A DNA stretch of 64,000 nucleotides, from assembly GCF_963921235.1 (NCBI RefSeq), contig NC_086097.1:31250001-31314000 (forward strand), written 5' to 3'. A program made the translations under genes and the position numbers. A model generated the notes under the pieces. It ran no database searches. It had not been told where the DNA came from and saw only the letters and a list, made by a program, of their open reading frames with translations. Origin of the DNA: Mobula hypostoma. Taxonomy: Eukaryota. Below, piece by piece: positions 1 through 11,158 of this stretch; position 1 is the stretch's first letter, and each line of letters opens with the position of its first letter.

Positions 1-173
1 ATGTCTTGACTGCCATTCTATTTTGTTTAGTGGCCTAAATGACACGACAACACATTCTGTGATATTAGCTCATTCTTCTAGCTTTCTTTTTCTTAACCAA
101 TGATCTGCTGAACAATGTATACACTGCTTGTAACAATGTTGTAACTTGAAACACAGACAATGTAAATACTGTA

Positions 174-292
174 AACACAAGGAAATCTGCAGATGCTGGA
201 AATTCAAGCAACACACACGGTGGAACGCAGCAGGTCAGGCAGCATCTATAGGAAGAGGTACAGTCGACGTTTCGGGCATTTTGTGTGTGTTG
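174..292. mobile_element. PLE-terminus mini-element with short inverted second arm
   Basis: Minus-strand PLE 3' end followed by gcattttgtgtgtgttg. 15-bp TSD aatgtaaatact(g/a)ta at 159-173 and 293-307, repeated again at 313-327. Confidence 0.8.
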
Positions 293-475
293 AATGTAAA
301 TACTATATGTTGAATGTAAATACTATATTTCAAAGTAAAGATTGTGGTATATTTATTATTAAGGATTATATTCATTAACATAATTATTTACAGGGTATTT
401 CACAATTATATTAACATAGATATTAAAATTATATTAATTAATTTCAATATTACATAATTATATAGAAGAAAATTC

Positions 476-557
476 CAGCTGTGCAGCAAAGGCTACGTGC
501 AGGGGAGCATTGCAATTACTGCGCAACCATGCATCCTGCAGCTCAGAGAGAACAATG
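476..557 (+). mobile_element. Remnant right end of a related hAT element
   Basis: Ends in gcagctcagagagaacaatg, resembling the TIR ttagagggaacattg at 61604-61618. No partner end is seen. Confidence 0.45.
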
Positions 558-1586
558 CTTCTGGGGCCAATATAGCATGCCTACAACTTACTAAGCCACA
601 TGTCTTTGGAATGTGGGAGGAAACTGGAGCATGCAGAAGAAACCCACATAGTCACAAGGAAAACATACAAACTCCTTACATACACTGGTGGGAATTGAAC
701 CCTGTTCGCTGGAGTTGTAAAGTATTGTACAAAGTGCTATTTTACTCTGCCTTCTTCATAACCCTGTCTACCTAAGACACTATTAGCTAAATCTGTGAAC
801 TTTCTTGCACAGGTGCAGAGGGTCACTAGGAATCCTCAAAGTTACAGTGTAGATGCATATATTATCCAGTTTGCTCCAAAGAAAAACACCCTAGCTTTAT
901 CAACCTTTTCTCATAAGCCCTGGCTCCAGCACTTCGAACTTCCCGGCGCACCCCTTGCACATCTCCATCATGCTCATGTACGCAGGAGCCAGGATGGTCA
1001 CCTGTTCCCCACCAGGCTCCTGTAGCAAGATAGACAGTAAATCCTTTGGGAAGAGGAAGAGAAGAGAAGGCAGAGTTAATGGTAGAGACCTTTAACTTCT
1101 CCCAAGCATCCTCATCTAGATCAAAGCTCTCCCTACCTGGTCCAGAAACTGTGGGGAATCCTGGGGATATCAAGGACACCTTCGGGTATCAAGAAGGCAA
1201 CATCCATCATGAAGGTCCCTCCCCATCCAGGGTGTGCCCTCTTCGCATTACTACCACCAGGGAGGAGATGCAGGAGTCTGAAGACTGACACTCAATGTTT
1301 TAGGAACAACTTTTTCCCCACCGCCATCTAATGTCTGAATGGTCCATGAACACTAACTTGTTATTCATCTTTTGCGTTTTATGCATTGCACAAAACAACA
1401 AATTTCACAACATACGTCAGTGATAGTAAGCATACTCCTGATTCAGACAGTCACAACTTCTTACAGAAGAGTAGTCTGTGAGGTCAAATGCAAGAGGCTG
1501 CAAAGAATAGCAGGCACAGCCCTCCCCACTACTGGCTGCATCTACAGGTGACACTGCCTCAGACAGGCAACATCTATCACCAAGTA

Positions 1587-1809
1587 ACACACATCAAAGT
1601 TGCTGGTGAACGCAGCAGGCCAGGCAGCATCTATAGGAAGAGGTGCAGTCGACGTTTCAGGCCGATACCCTTCGTCAGGACTACGAAGGTCTCGGCCTGA
1701 AACGTCGACTGCACCTCTTTCTATAGATGCTGCCTGGCCTGCTGCGTTCACCAGCAACTTTGATGTGTGTTGCTTGAATTTCCAGCATCTGCAGAATTCC
1801 TGTTGTTTG
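1587..1809. mobile_element. Palindromic PLE-terminus mini-element (two 3' ends tail-out)
   Basis: About 90-bp near-perfect inverted arms. 16-bp TSD catctatcaccaagta at 1571-1586 and 1810-1825. Confidence 0.9.
1646..1682 (-). ncRNA. Minimal type I hammerhead ribozyme motif in a palindromic mini-element
   Basis: Minus strand reads AGUC-CUGACGA-AGGGUAUCGGCCU-GAAA-CGUC-GACUG. The plus-strand partner at 1683-1711 lacks the 5' part of the core. Confidence 0.8.
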
Positions 1810-4134
1810 CATCTATCACCAAGTACTGTATTCCCCAACATCCAGGTCATGCCATCTTCTCACAGCTACTATTGGGCAGGAGGTACAGAAGTCCAGAATC
1901 CCACATTACCAGAGTTGAGAAACAGCTACTTTCCTACAACCATAAGGTTCTTGAACTGATCTGCACAACTAACCAGCAATAGAACAGTATTTCTTGCATT
2001 ATTATGCTCTTGTCCCTGATTGCGTTGTATAGTCCTTTCTCTCTTCATTGTCTTGTATAATTTATGCTGTGTTGTCTGAACCTACGTATCCAAGATGCTG
2101 CTGCAGGTTTCTAATTATAACTCTACCTCCCTGTAAAAGTACGAGCACATAAGGCCTAGAAAAAATGGACATGGAGAGGATGTCTAAGATGAGAGGGCAC
2201 AGCCTCAGAACACAAGAATGACCCTTAGAAGAGATGAGGAGGAATTTCTTTGGCCAGAGGGTAGTGAATCTGTGAAATTCATTGCCACAGATGGCTCTGG
2301 AGGCCAAGTAACTGGGTATATTTAAAGTGGAGGTTGACAGGTTCTTGGATCAATAGGGTGTCAAAGGTTATGGAAAAAAGGCAAGAGAATAGGGTTGAGA
2401 GGGATAATAAAGCAGCCATGATGGAATGACGGAGTAGACTCGATAAGCCAAGTGGCTTGATTCTGTTCCTATGTCTTCTGGTCATGAACTAGCTGCCAGA
2501 GGAAGTGGCAGAGGTGGGTACAATTACAATATTTTGATTATATTTGGACAAGTGAATAGAGAGGAAATGGTTAAAGGGATATGAACAAAATTAAGTAATT
2601 GGGACTAGCTCACATAGGCACCTTGGTCCGACTGGATGAGTTCAGCTGAATGCTCTGTATTCCGTGCTGTTCAGCTCTGTAACTCGAACACACAGTACAG
2701 ACAAATGCAAGACCAACTACAAAATATCACAGTTTTACTTGCTTAATCTGCTGAGCTGGGACTTGAGGACCTGAGTTATAGGGAAAGGTTGATAGATTAG
2801 GATTTTATTCCCTAGAGCAGAGGAGAATGAGTGGAGATTTGACAGAAGTATACAAAATTAAGAGGGGTATAGATAGACTGAGTGCAAGCAGGCTTTTCCC
2901 TCCCTTAAATTGGGTGAGACTAGAACCAGAGATCATAGGTTAAAGATGAAAGGTGAAATGGTTAAGGAGAATATGTGGGGGAACTTCTTCTGAGGGTGGT
3001 GTGAGTGTGGAACGAGCTGCCAGCAGAAGTAGTGCATGCTGATTTGAATGCAACATTTAAGAGAAGTTTGGGAGGGGCATGGAGAGCCATGTTCCAGGTG
3101 TTGGTCGATGGAACAAGGCAGAATAACAGTTTGGTATGGACTAGATGGGCCGAAGGACCTAGTTCAATGTTGCAGTGCTCTATGATTTACAAACCTACAC
3201 TACAGTTCACATGCAATAGTGCTTCCTAACTTCTGAAAGGAATTTCAGTAATTCTCAGGCAGCGTACTTGAATCCTGAGCTCCACACACAATGGAAACAG
3301 ACCCTCAAATCCAATAGCTCTCTTCACTATCTTTAAAACTTCAAATAAGTCAGACCTTAATTCCAGAGAGTACAGGCCCATTCTGGGCTTTATCACTGAT
3401 CGGCCTAAATGCCTTTGCTTTCACTTGAGCATCTGCAAATTAATTCAGTTCGCCTGCTGCTGACAGCCTGCTGTGAGCCACGACCAGCAGTTTTACTTGA
3501 GTGTTGAAATTAATTGTGCTGGGGTGAACTGAGCTTCATTGTTCACTAAAGTCATGAACGTTCACCCAGGTGTGACTTTAGTTGAACATAATTAACGCAA
3601 TTCCCTCATCAGACCCACCAAGCATGGTGTGGTACCAAAGAACAGGATGGTTCCGAGTTCATTGTGATGCTAAGTGTGCTGAGGCTTGGGAAGAAGTTTT
3701 TTTTGTGAGAAGGCTGGCATACTCATGCTTACCCATTCAATGACCTGAGACAGTGCAGCTATGCCAACACTCTTGATAGTCGATTAGATTGTCTGTGACC
3801 AGGCTTCAAACACACAGAAGAGAAACTACATCTCAACACAGCTGCCACAATTTGTGTTAGTAATCCAAGATAATTAGATTCTTCTTTCAATTTCTGGTTA
3901 CGACGACCTTCAAAGATGTTGATGCCATTAAACATTCAAATGCTATCAGTTCTCCATCAGTACCCACAAAATTCAGTCTGATTAATGGAATAACTAGATG
4001 GCCACTACGCACTTTCATTGAAACCATGCAGTATCCAATAACCTCGCTGACTAGAGTTTTGGGACATGCTACAGGCACAAATTCAGCAGATGATCACGTA
4101 CACTGACCTGACATCTGATGTAAAGAATGTGAGT

Positions 4135-4641
4135 GAGCTGGGCGCCCAACACATTGAAGCAATCACAAAGAAGGCATGCCAACAACTCTATTTAGTTAGG
4201 AATTTGAGGAGATTTGATATGTCATCAAAGACCCTTCAGCTTTCTATAGATGTACAGTGGAGAGCATTCTGACTGGTTGCATCACAGCCTGGTATGAAGG
4301 CTCGAATACACTGGATTGCAAGAGACTGCAGAGGGTTATAGACTTAGCCTGCTCTACCATTGGCACAAATCTCCCAACCATGAAGAATGTTTTCAGGAGA
4401 TGCTGCCTCAAGAAGCAGCATCTATCACTAAGGACTCTCACTCTCTAGGACTTGCCCTCTTCTCATTGGGGAGAAGGTCAGGAGCATGAACAACTCAGAA
4501 ACCGTTTCTTCCCCTTTGCCATCAGATTTCTGAACAGTTCACAAACCTACCAATTCCTTTATTTTGCTCTCTACTTTTGTACTGCACTTTTGCCACAGAA
4601 CAGCATTTCGCATCATCTAAGTCAGTGACAATAAGATTCAG
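4135..4641 (+). mobile_element. Rex1/Babar LINE 3' fragment
   Basis: KKACQQLYLVRNLRRF...ESILTGCITAWY. Similar fragments at about 1180-1445, 1485-2130, 6530-6685, 7365-7590, 13450-13730, 14545-15144, 23270-23560, 28930-29490, 37780-38278, 41820-42420, 45755-46020 and 46790-47245. Confidence 0.8.
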
Positions 4642-4954
4642 AAAGGGAGCTCCAAACCCCACCTTCACTAAATGTCAATCAACATCAACAGACAATAGCC
4701 CACTTCATACAGTTTCTTTAACACAGCCAATGATTTCAAAACAAACAAAACCAGGACACCTTGGTCAAATAGATACTTTTTTAAAGAAGCATCTTAAAGG
4801 AGGAAAAAAGGGGGGTGAAAGGGGAATGGAAAGAATTCTGTTTTACAACGGCTGAAGTGAGGTTAAAAATTGGGACAGGGCAGAGTCCTAGGAGCCTCAA
4901 TGTAGTTGGATGTGTTCATTAGGGTAGCTGGGGTAAGAAGTTGAAAAACAGGAT

Positions 4955-5236
4955 GCGTGGTAGTGTAGTGGTTGGACTAACAATTTACAGTGCTAGCTGT
5001 AAGACTGGGGTTCAATTCCCATTGCCGTCTGTAACGAGCTTACACATTCTCCCCATAATTGCACGGGTCTCCTCCCACATTCCAAAGACATACAGGTTAT
5101 GGCTAGTGAGTTGTGGGCATGCCAAGTTGGTGCCAGAAGCATGGCAACACTTGCAGGCTGCCCCCAACACATCCTTGACACAAACAATGCATTTCACTGT
5201 TTGTTTCGATGTATATTTGATAAATAAAGCTAATCT
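4955..5236 (+). mobile_element. tRNA-derived V-SINE/HE1-like SINE
   Basis: A/B-box-like head (tggtagtgtagtgg, ggttcaattccc) and core ttctcccc...ctcccacattccaaagac. Related copies at about 575-735, 18440-18725, 19000-19440, 20580-20745, 27970-28140, 31580-31785, 33855-34105, 37495-37770, 39515-40370, 42495-42805 and 43495-43695. Confidence 0.8.
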
Positions 5237-5862
5237 TTTTTTAAATATCTTTAAAATGTTTTAAAAATCAAGCCCAGAGATCAATGTACATCAATAAGCA
5301 CAAAGTGGATAGATGAAAGGGACTTAGTGCCAGTTGGGACAAGAACTTTGCAGAGGTAGTTCAGAACAATTAAGCTCAGAGGTACCAAAAAGACTGAATG
5401 AGGCTTGTGGAAACTATCGAGTTTCAGTGGAGCAGAGTCAGGATACATTTTAGAGGTGGAAACAAACAATCTTGGTAATCTAATCTAAAGCTCAACTTGG
5501 GATGTAATACTATGGTTGCAAAGTGTCTGCCTATGCAAGATTAGTCGGAGTTCTGCTCAGTGAAGAAGGATGTCAAAAGATACAGCAGAATGTAGATCAG
5601 TGAGGGATGCAGATGGAGAAATGGCACATCCAGGCTAATGTGAGGTGTTGCACTTTGGAAGGTCAACTATAAAGGGAAAATATTTGAGACACAGATCAAG
5701 TGGACAGCCGGAGAATTTTTCCCCAGGGCAGAAATCGCTAGTATAAGGAGGCATAATTTTAAGGTGATTAGAGGTAATAGGGGAGATGTTAAAGGTAATT
5801 TTGATACACAGAGAGCAGTGGATGCATGGAACACCTGCCAGGGGTGGTGGTAGAGACAGACA

Positions 5863-6374
5863 CAATACTATACAAAAGTCTTGGGCACATATATAGCTAT
5901 GGTGCCTAAAACTTTTGCATTGTACTATAGTAATTTTATGCATTGCCCTGTAATGCTGCTGCAAAAAAAAACAAATTTCATGATATATGTGAGTGATGAT
6001 AAACCTGATTCTGATATGGGTCTCTATTGTGGACTGAGAGTGGGAAAGGGGCAGGGAGAGGGGAATCATGGTCGGGGAAAGGGAAGGGAGCAGGAAGCAC
6101 CAGAGAGACATTCTGTAATGATCAATAAACCAATTGTTTGGAATCAAATGACCATGACTGGTGTCTCAGGGTTGGGTGTGTCTTCACCTGCACCACCTTC
6201 CCCCCACCCCTGGCTCTTCAAGTGGTGCTCCACCCTCATCATTCCCGACATCTTTTGCTCCTGCCAGATTTACAAACTTGCTCTCTACTCCGAGTTGACA
6301 AATACAGTATTGTGCAAAAGTCTTATAGACATCCTAGCTATATAATATATGTGCCTAGACTTTTGCAAGTACTG
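5863..6374. mobile_element. Composite Tc1-type MITE bounded by two ~65-70 bp palindromic mini-units
   Basis: Units at 5863-5928 and 6305-6374 each resemble CAGTACTGTGCAAAAGTCTTAG...CTAAGACTTTTGCACAGTACTG. The block interrupts a CR1 tail at a (T/C)A dinucleotide. Confidence 0.75.
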
Positions 6375-8523
6375 TACATTAGGGGTATTTAAGGGACCCT
6401 TAGGCACAGGGATGAAAGAAAAATGGTGGGTTAAGTTGGATGGATGGGTTAGTTTGATCTTAGAATAGATTAAAAGGTTGGCACAACATGGTGGGTTGAA
6501 GGATACTGTACTCTACTGTGCTATGTTCTACCTGGATGCATCATGGCTTTATATGGCAATTACTCTGCACATGACCATAAGAAACCACAGAGAGTTGTGG
6601 ACACGGCTCAGCACATCGCAAGAACCAGCCTCCCCTCCATAGACTCTGTCGACGCTTCTCAATGGATCAGTAAAGTAGCTATGGTGTTCTATGTTCTAAG
6701 AAAGTTAATTGTTATTGGTTGAAGCTGAAGAAATTCACACAGGTACACAGTACTGAAACACCATGTTGCCCACCTGAAAGCGTCTAAAGCTTTCCTATGC
6801 ACGTACCAAAGGGTTGGCTTTACTTCTATTGACATTAACCTATTTGAGATTTCCCATCTACGAACTAATGCTAGGAGGAGGAGAAAACCTGGGATTAATT
6901 TGGCCAACTGCCACGTAGGTGTCAGAGTCTCCTAATCCTTTTCAGTGGCATTTCGAAGTCCAACATTCTAAAAGTTGATCAGAAGCAAATGAGTTTGAGT
7001 GCACTATTCAAAACCACGAGAAGGAAGAAATCACTGGCATAATTTGAAGATCAAAATAAGAATCCAACAGTCAATATTGTCAACATTCCAGCTATAATTT
7101 TGTGGATTAACAGGACCGGACAGATTTAAGAGGGAGTTGCAATAAAATGGCATAATAACGCCCTGCAGACTAAATATCTATGGACATGTTACAATTGCCT
7201 CCACTTATTCATCTACCCAATTCCTCCAAGATCAGCCAGTCCAGAGAGAGAAAACAAAACAACCTTGACACTTCTAACCATGTAAACTACTGTCTCAACT
7301 ATCTTTTGCCCTCACAGAATTCCAAGCCCATCTTACATGAAACTTCCTGGTTTACCCAAGTCTAACTTGCTGCATCATAACTAGGATGGAAACACTAGTC
7401 CAGAGATGGAAAAGGCTACAGAAAGTGGCGGATACAGCCCAGTCTATCATAGGGGAAAAAAACCGTCCTCCACTAAGCACATGTACAAGGAGTGCTGCCA
7501 CAAGAAAGCAGCATCCATCATCAAAGACCCCCACCACCCAAAGCCATACTCTCTTCTCACTACTACCATTGGGCAAGGAGGTACACGAGTCTTAGGTATG
7601 TGGGTGAATGGTAATTCCTCCACCTCCCACCTCTGTTTTTTCCATACCCCATTCTCATTCTCCTTCAACTTCCCTTTCTTCCATGGTCCACTGCCCTCTC
7701 CTATTAGAATCCTTCATCTTCAGCCCTTTACCTTTTCCACCTATCCCCGCCCAGCTTCTCACTTCCCCCAGCACCATCTACCCACCTTCCCCCTCATCTG
7801 GTCTCAACCAGGTTGTACTCATCACATGGTTGAACCCATCGTTAAGGAGCCCATTACCCCGGACGTGCCCTTTTCTCATTGTTACCATCAGGAAGCAGGT
7901 ACAGAAGCAGTTCCAGGAACAGCTTCTTCCCCTCTGCCATCCAATTCCTAATTGGACATGGACCCATGAGCACTACCTCACTTTTATTATTTCTGTTTTT
8001 GCACTATTTTTAATTTAACTATATACATATGTATACTTACTGCAACTTATTTATTTTTCTATTTTATCACGTATTGCACTGTTCTGCTAAGTTAACAAAT
8101 TTCACAAAATATGCCAGTGATATTAAACCTGATTCTGAAATTTTGTACAGTTCTACCAAATCTCCTCTAATTATCGTACCCTCCAGGGAATACAGTACTA
8201 ACCTAGCCAACCTTTCCCTATAACTTGGCTCCTCAAGTCCTGGCAACACCCTTGTAAATTTTCTCTCTACTCTTTCAAACTTATTGATATTTTCCTGCAG
8301 TTAATCATATTGTGCTTTGTGGATCTTGTCGAAACTCACAGTGTAGTTTCATAGCTAACAATGACTTGACAAGTTGTAAAGCACTTCGGGCACTGGTGCT
8401 ATGAAAGGTTTTACACAGGTGTTAGATAACCTGCACACAGCAACGAAACCCCCTCCCCCCTCAAACCTCTGACAAAGAAGAGCACTTGTCACTTGTGTCA
8501 AAGTCCTATGAAGTCCACTTCTG

Positions 8524-8751
8524 AAAAACACAAGAGACTGCAGATTCTGGAATCAGGAGCAACAAACAATCTGCTGGAGGAACTCAGCCAGTCAAGCAGC
8601 ATCTGTGGTGGGGGGAAAGAATTATTGATACTACAAGTCAAAATCCTACAAGACTAGATCCTGATGCAGAGCTTTGACCTGAAATATCGACACTGCTTTG
8701 CCCCCAAAGATGCTGCTCGACCCGCTGAGTTTCTCCAGCAGATAGTTTGTT
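8524..8751. mobile_element. Older palindromic PLE-terminus element
   Basis: Inverted arms aacaaacaatctgctggaggaactcagc...gcagcatct and agatgctgc...gctgagtttctccagcagatagtttgtt. Decayed hammerhead near 8657-8693. Confidence 0.7.
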
Positions 8752-10972
8752 CATCCACATCCCAGCATGTGTCAGCATCTGCAAGAGAGAAAATTCCTAC
8801 AATAAACCCTTCAGCATCTCTGGAGACATCAGTGTCACAAGCACTCTGAATCACTGCCTAGACTGTGAGAATCAGATGAAGTTCTTCCATGGCAGCCTCA
8901 CTCTCGGTCACTTGCTTAGATTACAGTTTTTAAAATGTAACATCACAAACTATTTTTTGCTAGCTTTTTGATATTTAAGCGCGGTTAACATTACTCAGTA
9001 TTGTTATCCCAACCAGGTATAAATTAGTTGTTGAGAAGATAAGACTTGGTGGCCGTCCCCACCTATGAACACCCAATTCTGTTAACACTGAACATCCATC
9101 TATGTTTTTTAGAGTCATAAAGCAATGCAGCATGAATACAGGCCCTTTGGCCCAACCAGTACATGCCGACCTCAATGCCTACCCAGGCTAATCTCAACTT
9201 CCAGCATTCAGCCCATATCCCTGTAAATCCTGCCCCTCCATGTAGCTGTCCAAGTGCCTCTTAAATGATACTATTGTACCTGCCTCAACCACTTCCTCTG
9301 GCAGCTCATTTCATATACTCACCACCTGCTGCATGAAGTTGCCCCTCAGGTCCTTTTTAAATCTTTCCCTTCTCACTAAACCAATGCTCCCTTGTTTTGG
9401 ACTCCCCTGCCCTGGGGAAGAGACTGTACCATTCACCTTTCCTATGCCCTTCATGATTTTAAACACTTCTATAAAGTCTACAGAGATATACAAAATTACG
9501 AGAGGTCTCGATAGGGCAAGAAGCATTTTTGTACCGAGGTTGGGTGAGACTAGAACTAGAGGTCATAGGTTAAGGGAAACATGAGAGGAAAGTTCTTCAC
9601 TCAAAGGGTGGTGCGACTGTAGAACGAGCTGCCAGCAGAAGTGGTGGATGCAGGTTCGATTTCAACATTTAAGAGAAATTTGGTGGATGGTATTTATCCG
9701 CTCGCAACCCACCCACCTGCCAGCTTGTACCCTCCCCCTCCACCAGCTTATTCTGACTTCTGCCTCCTTCCTCTCCAGTCCCAATGAACAGCCTCAGCCC
9801 AAAACCTCGACTGTTTATTTATTTCCATAGACGCTGCCTGACATGCTGAGCTCCTTCAGCACTTCACATGTGTGTTGCTCTGGATTTCTAGCATCTGCAG
9901 GATTGCCTGTGTTTATAGCTTGAACTCCTCTTCTGGGCTAATTGGGACATCATGATACTGCTGAGTGCCAGAAAATTAGCAGCAGCAGCCTTCCCCTTAC
10001 TTGATATGTGCTGTTTAAAAACAATCCAACAAGCTGCTTAGAAAAGTCAGAATTTAACCAATAAAGGACACTCATTGGGTGTAGTTCTTGCATTGCTTGC
10101 TGGAATCAGACCAAGAAGAACAAAGAAACTCAATGTTCCTTCCCCTTGAAGCAATTTCTCATGTATTGTATTAGGTATCACAACATGATACAGCTACAGA
10201 CATCTATAACAAGGGACTTTCTCATTAAAGATACACTGATGACTGCTGAATATGTCAGTATGTAGAACAAAACAGCCAAACGAAATGTTTAGAGACAGAC
10301 AAACTGAAATCAGGCACCTCATATGTTTCTTTCAAATGCTGCAAAGTACGTGCCATCCAACGTCGCTCTATCTGTGGCTGTTACTAGTTGGATTGCATCC
10401 CATCATAACAATAGTCAGCAGAGCAAAGCACTTCATTAACAAGACCAATGCATAAAATCGCAGGCGCCAAAGTAAATGTTCAGTGTCAGGAGATGGAAAA
10501 AATGAATGAATGAAAGAAGTTGCACCTCCGTAACAAGGCGAAGCTAAGGAGGGGAGAGATAATTGCACATTTGTTACAACTTGAACACAACACAAACTGG
10601 TTTGTTGAACTGCATGAGATGGTTCAAACAGACAGAGACAAGGAACTCTTGATTCAAACAAAGGGAGATCTGATGAACAAGCTCAGCCCAAAACCTTGAC
10701 TGTTAATTCCCCTTCATAGATGCTGCCTGACCTTCTGAGTTCTTTTTGTGTGTTCAAATTCAAAGTAAGTTTATTATCAAAGTACATGTATGTCACCATA
10801 TACAACCTTGAAATTCATTTTCTTGCAGACATACTCAGAAAATCCAAGAAACATAATAGAACCATTGAAAGACAGGACGGACAAACAACCAATGTGCAAG
10901 GCAACAATCTGTGCAAATACAAAAGGGAAAAAAAGAAATAATAATAAATAAACAAACAATAAATATCAAGTA

Positions 10973-11114
10973 ACACACACAAGCGCTGGAGGAACTCAGC
11001 AAGCCAAGCAACATCTACAGAAAAGAGTACAGTCAACTTTTCCGGCCTGAGTTCCTCCAGCATTTTGTGTGCGTTTCTTGGATTTCCAGCATCTGCAGAT
11101 TTTTTCTTGTTTGT
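10973..11114. mobile_element. Palindromic PLE-terminus element, internally deleted
   Basis: acacacacaagcgctggaggaactcag is inverted against ctgagttcctccagcattttgtgtgcg, followed by the full terminal hairpin. Confidence 0.7.
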
Positions 11115-11158
11115 GAATAAGATTGAAGAACATAAGATGAAGAGTCCTTGGAAGTGTC

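Noticed and set aside
862..1179. 105-aa minus-strand ORF as a host exon
   Set aside because: Its end (YEKRLIKLGCFSLEQ) matches the CR1 ORF2 C-terminus, so it is most likely a decayed LINE.
4955..5030. tRNA genes at SINE heads
   Set aside because: Only degenerate A/B boxes fused to SINE bodies; no cloverleaf.
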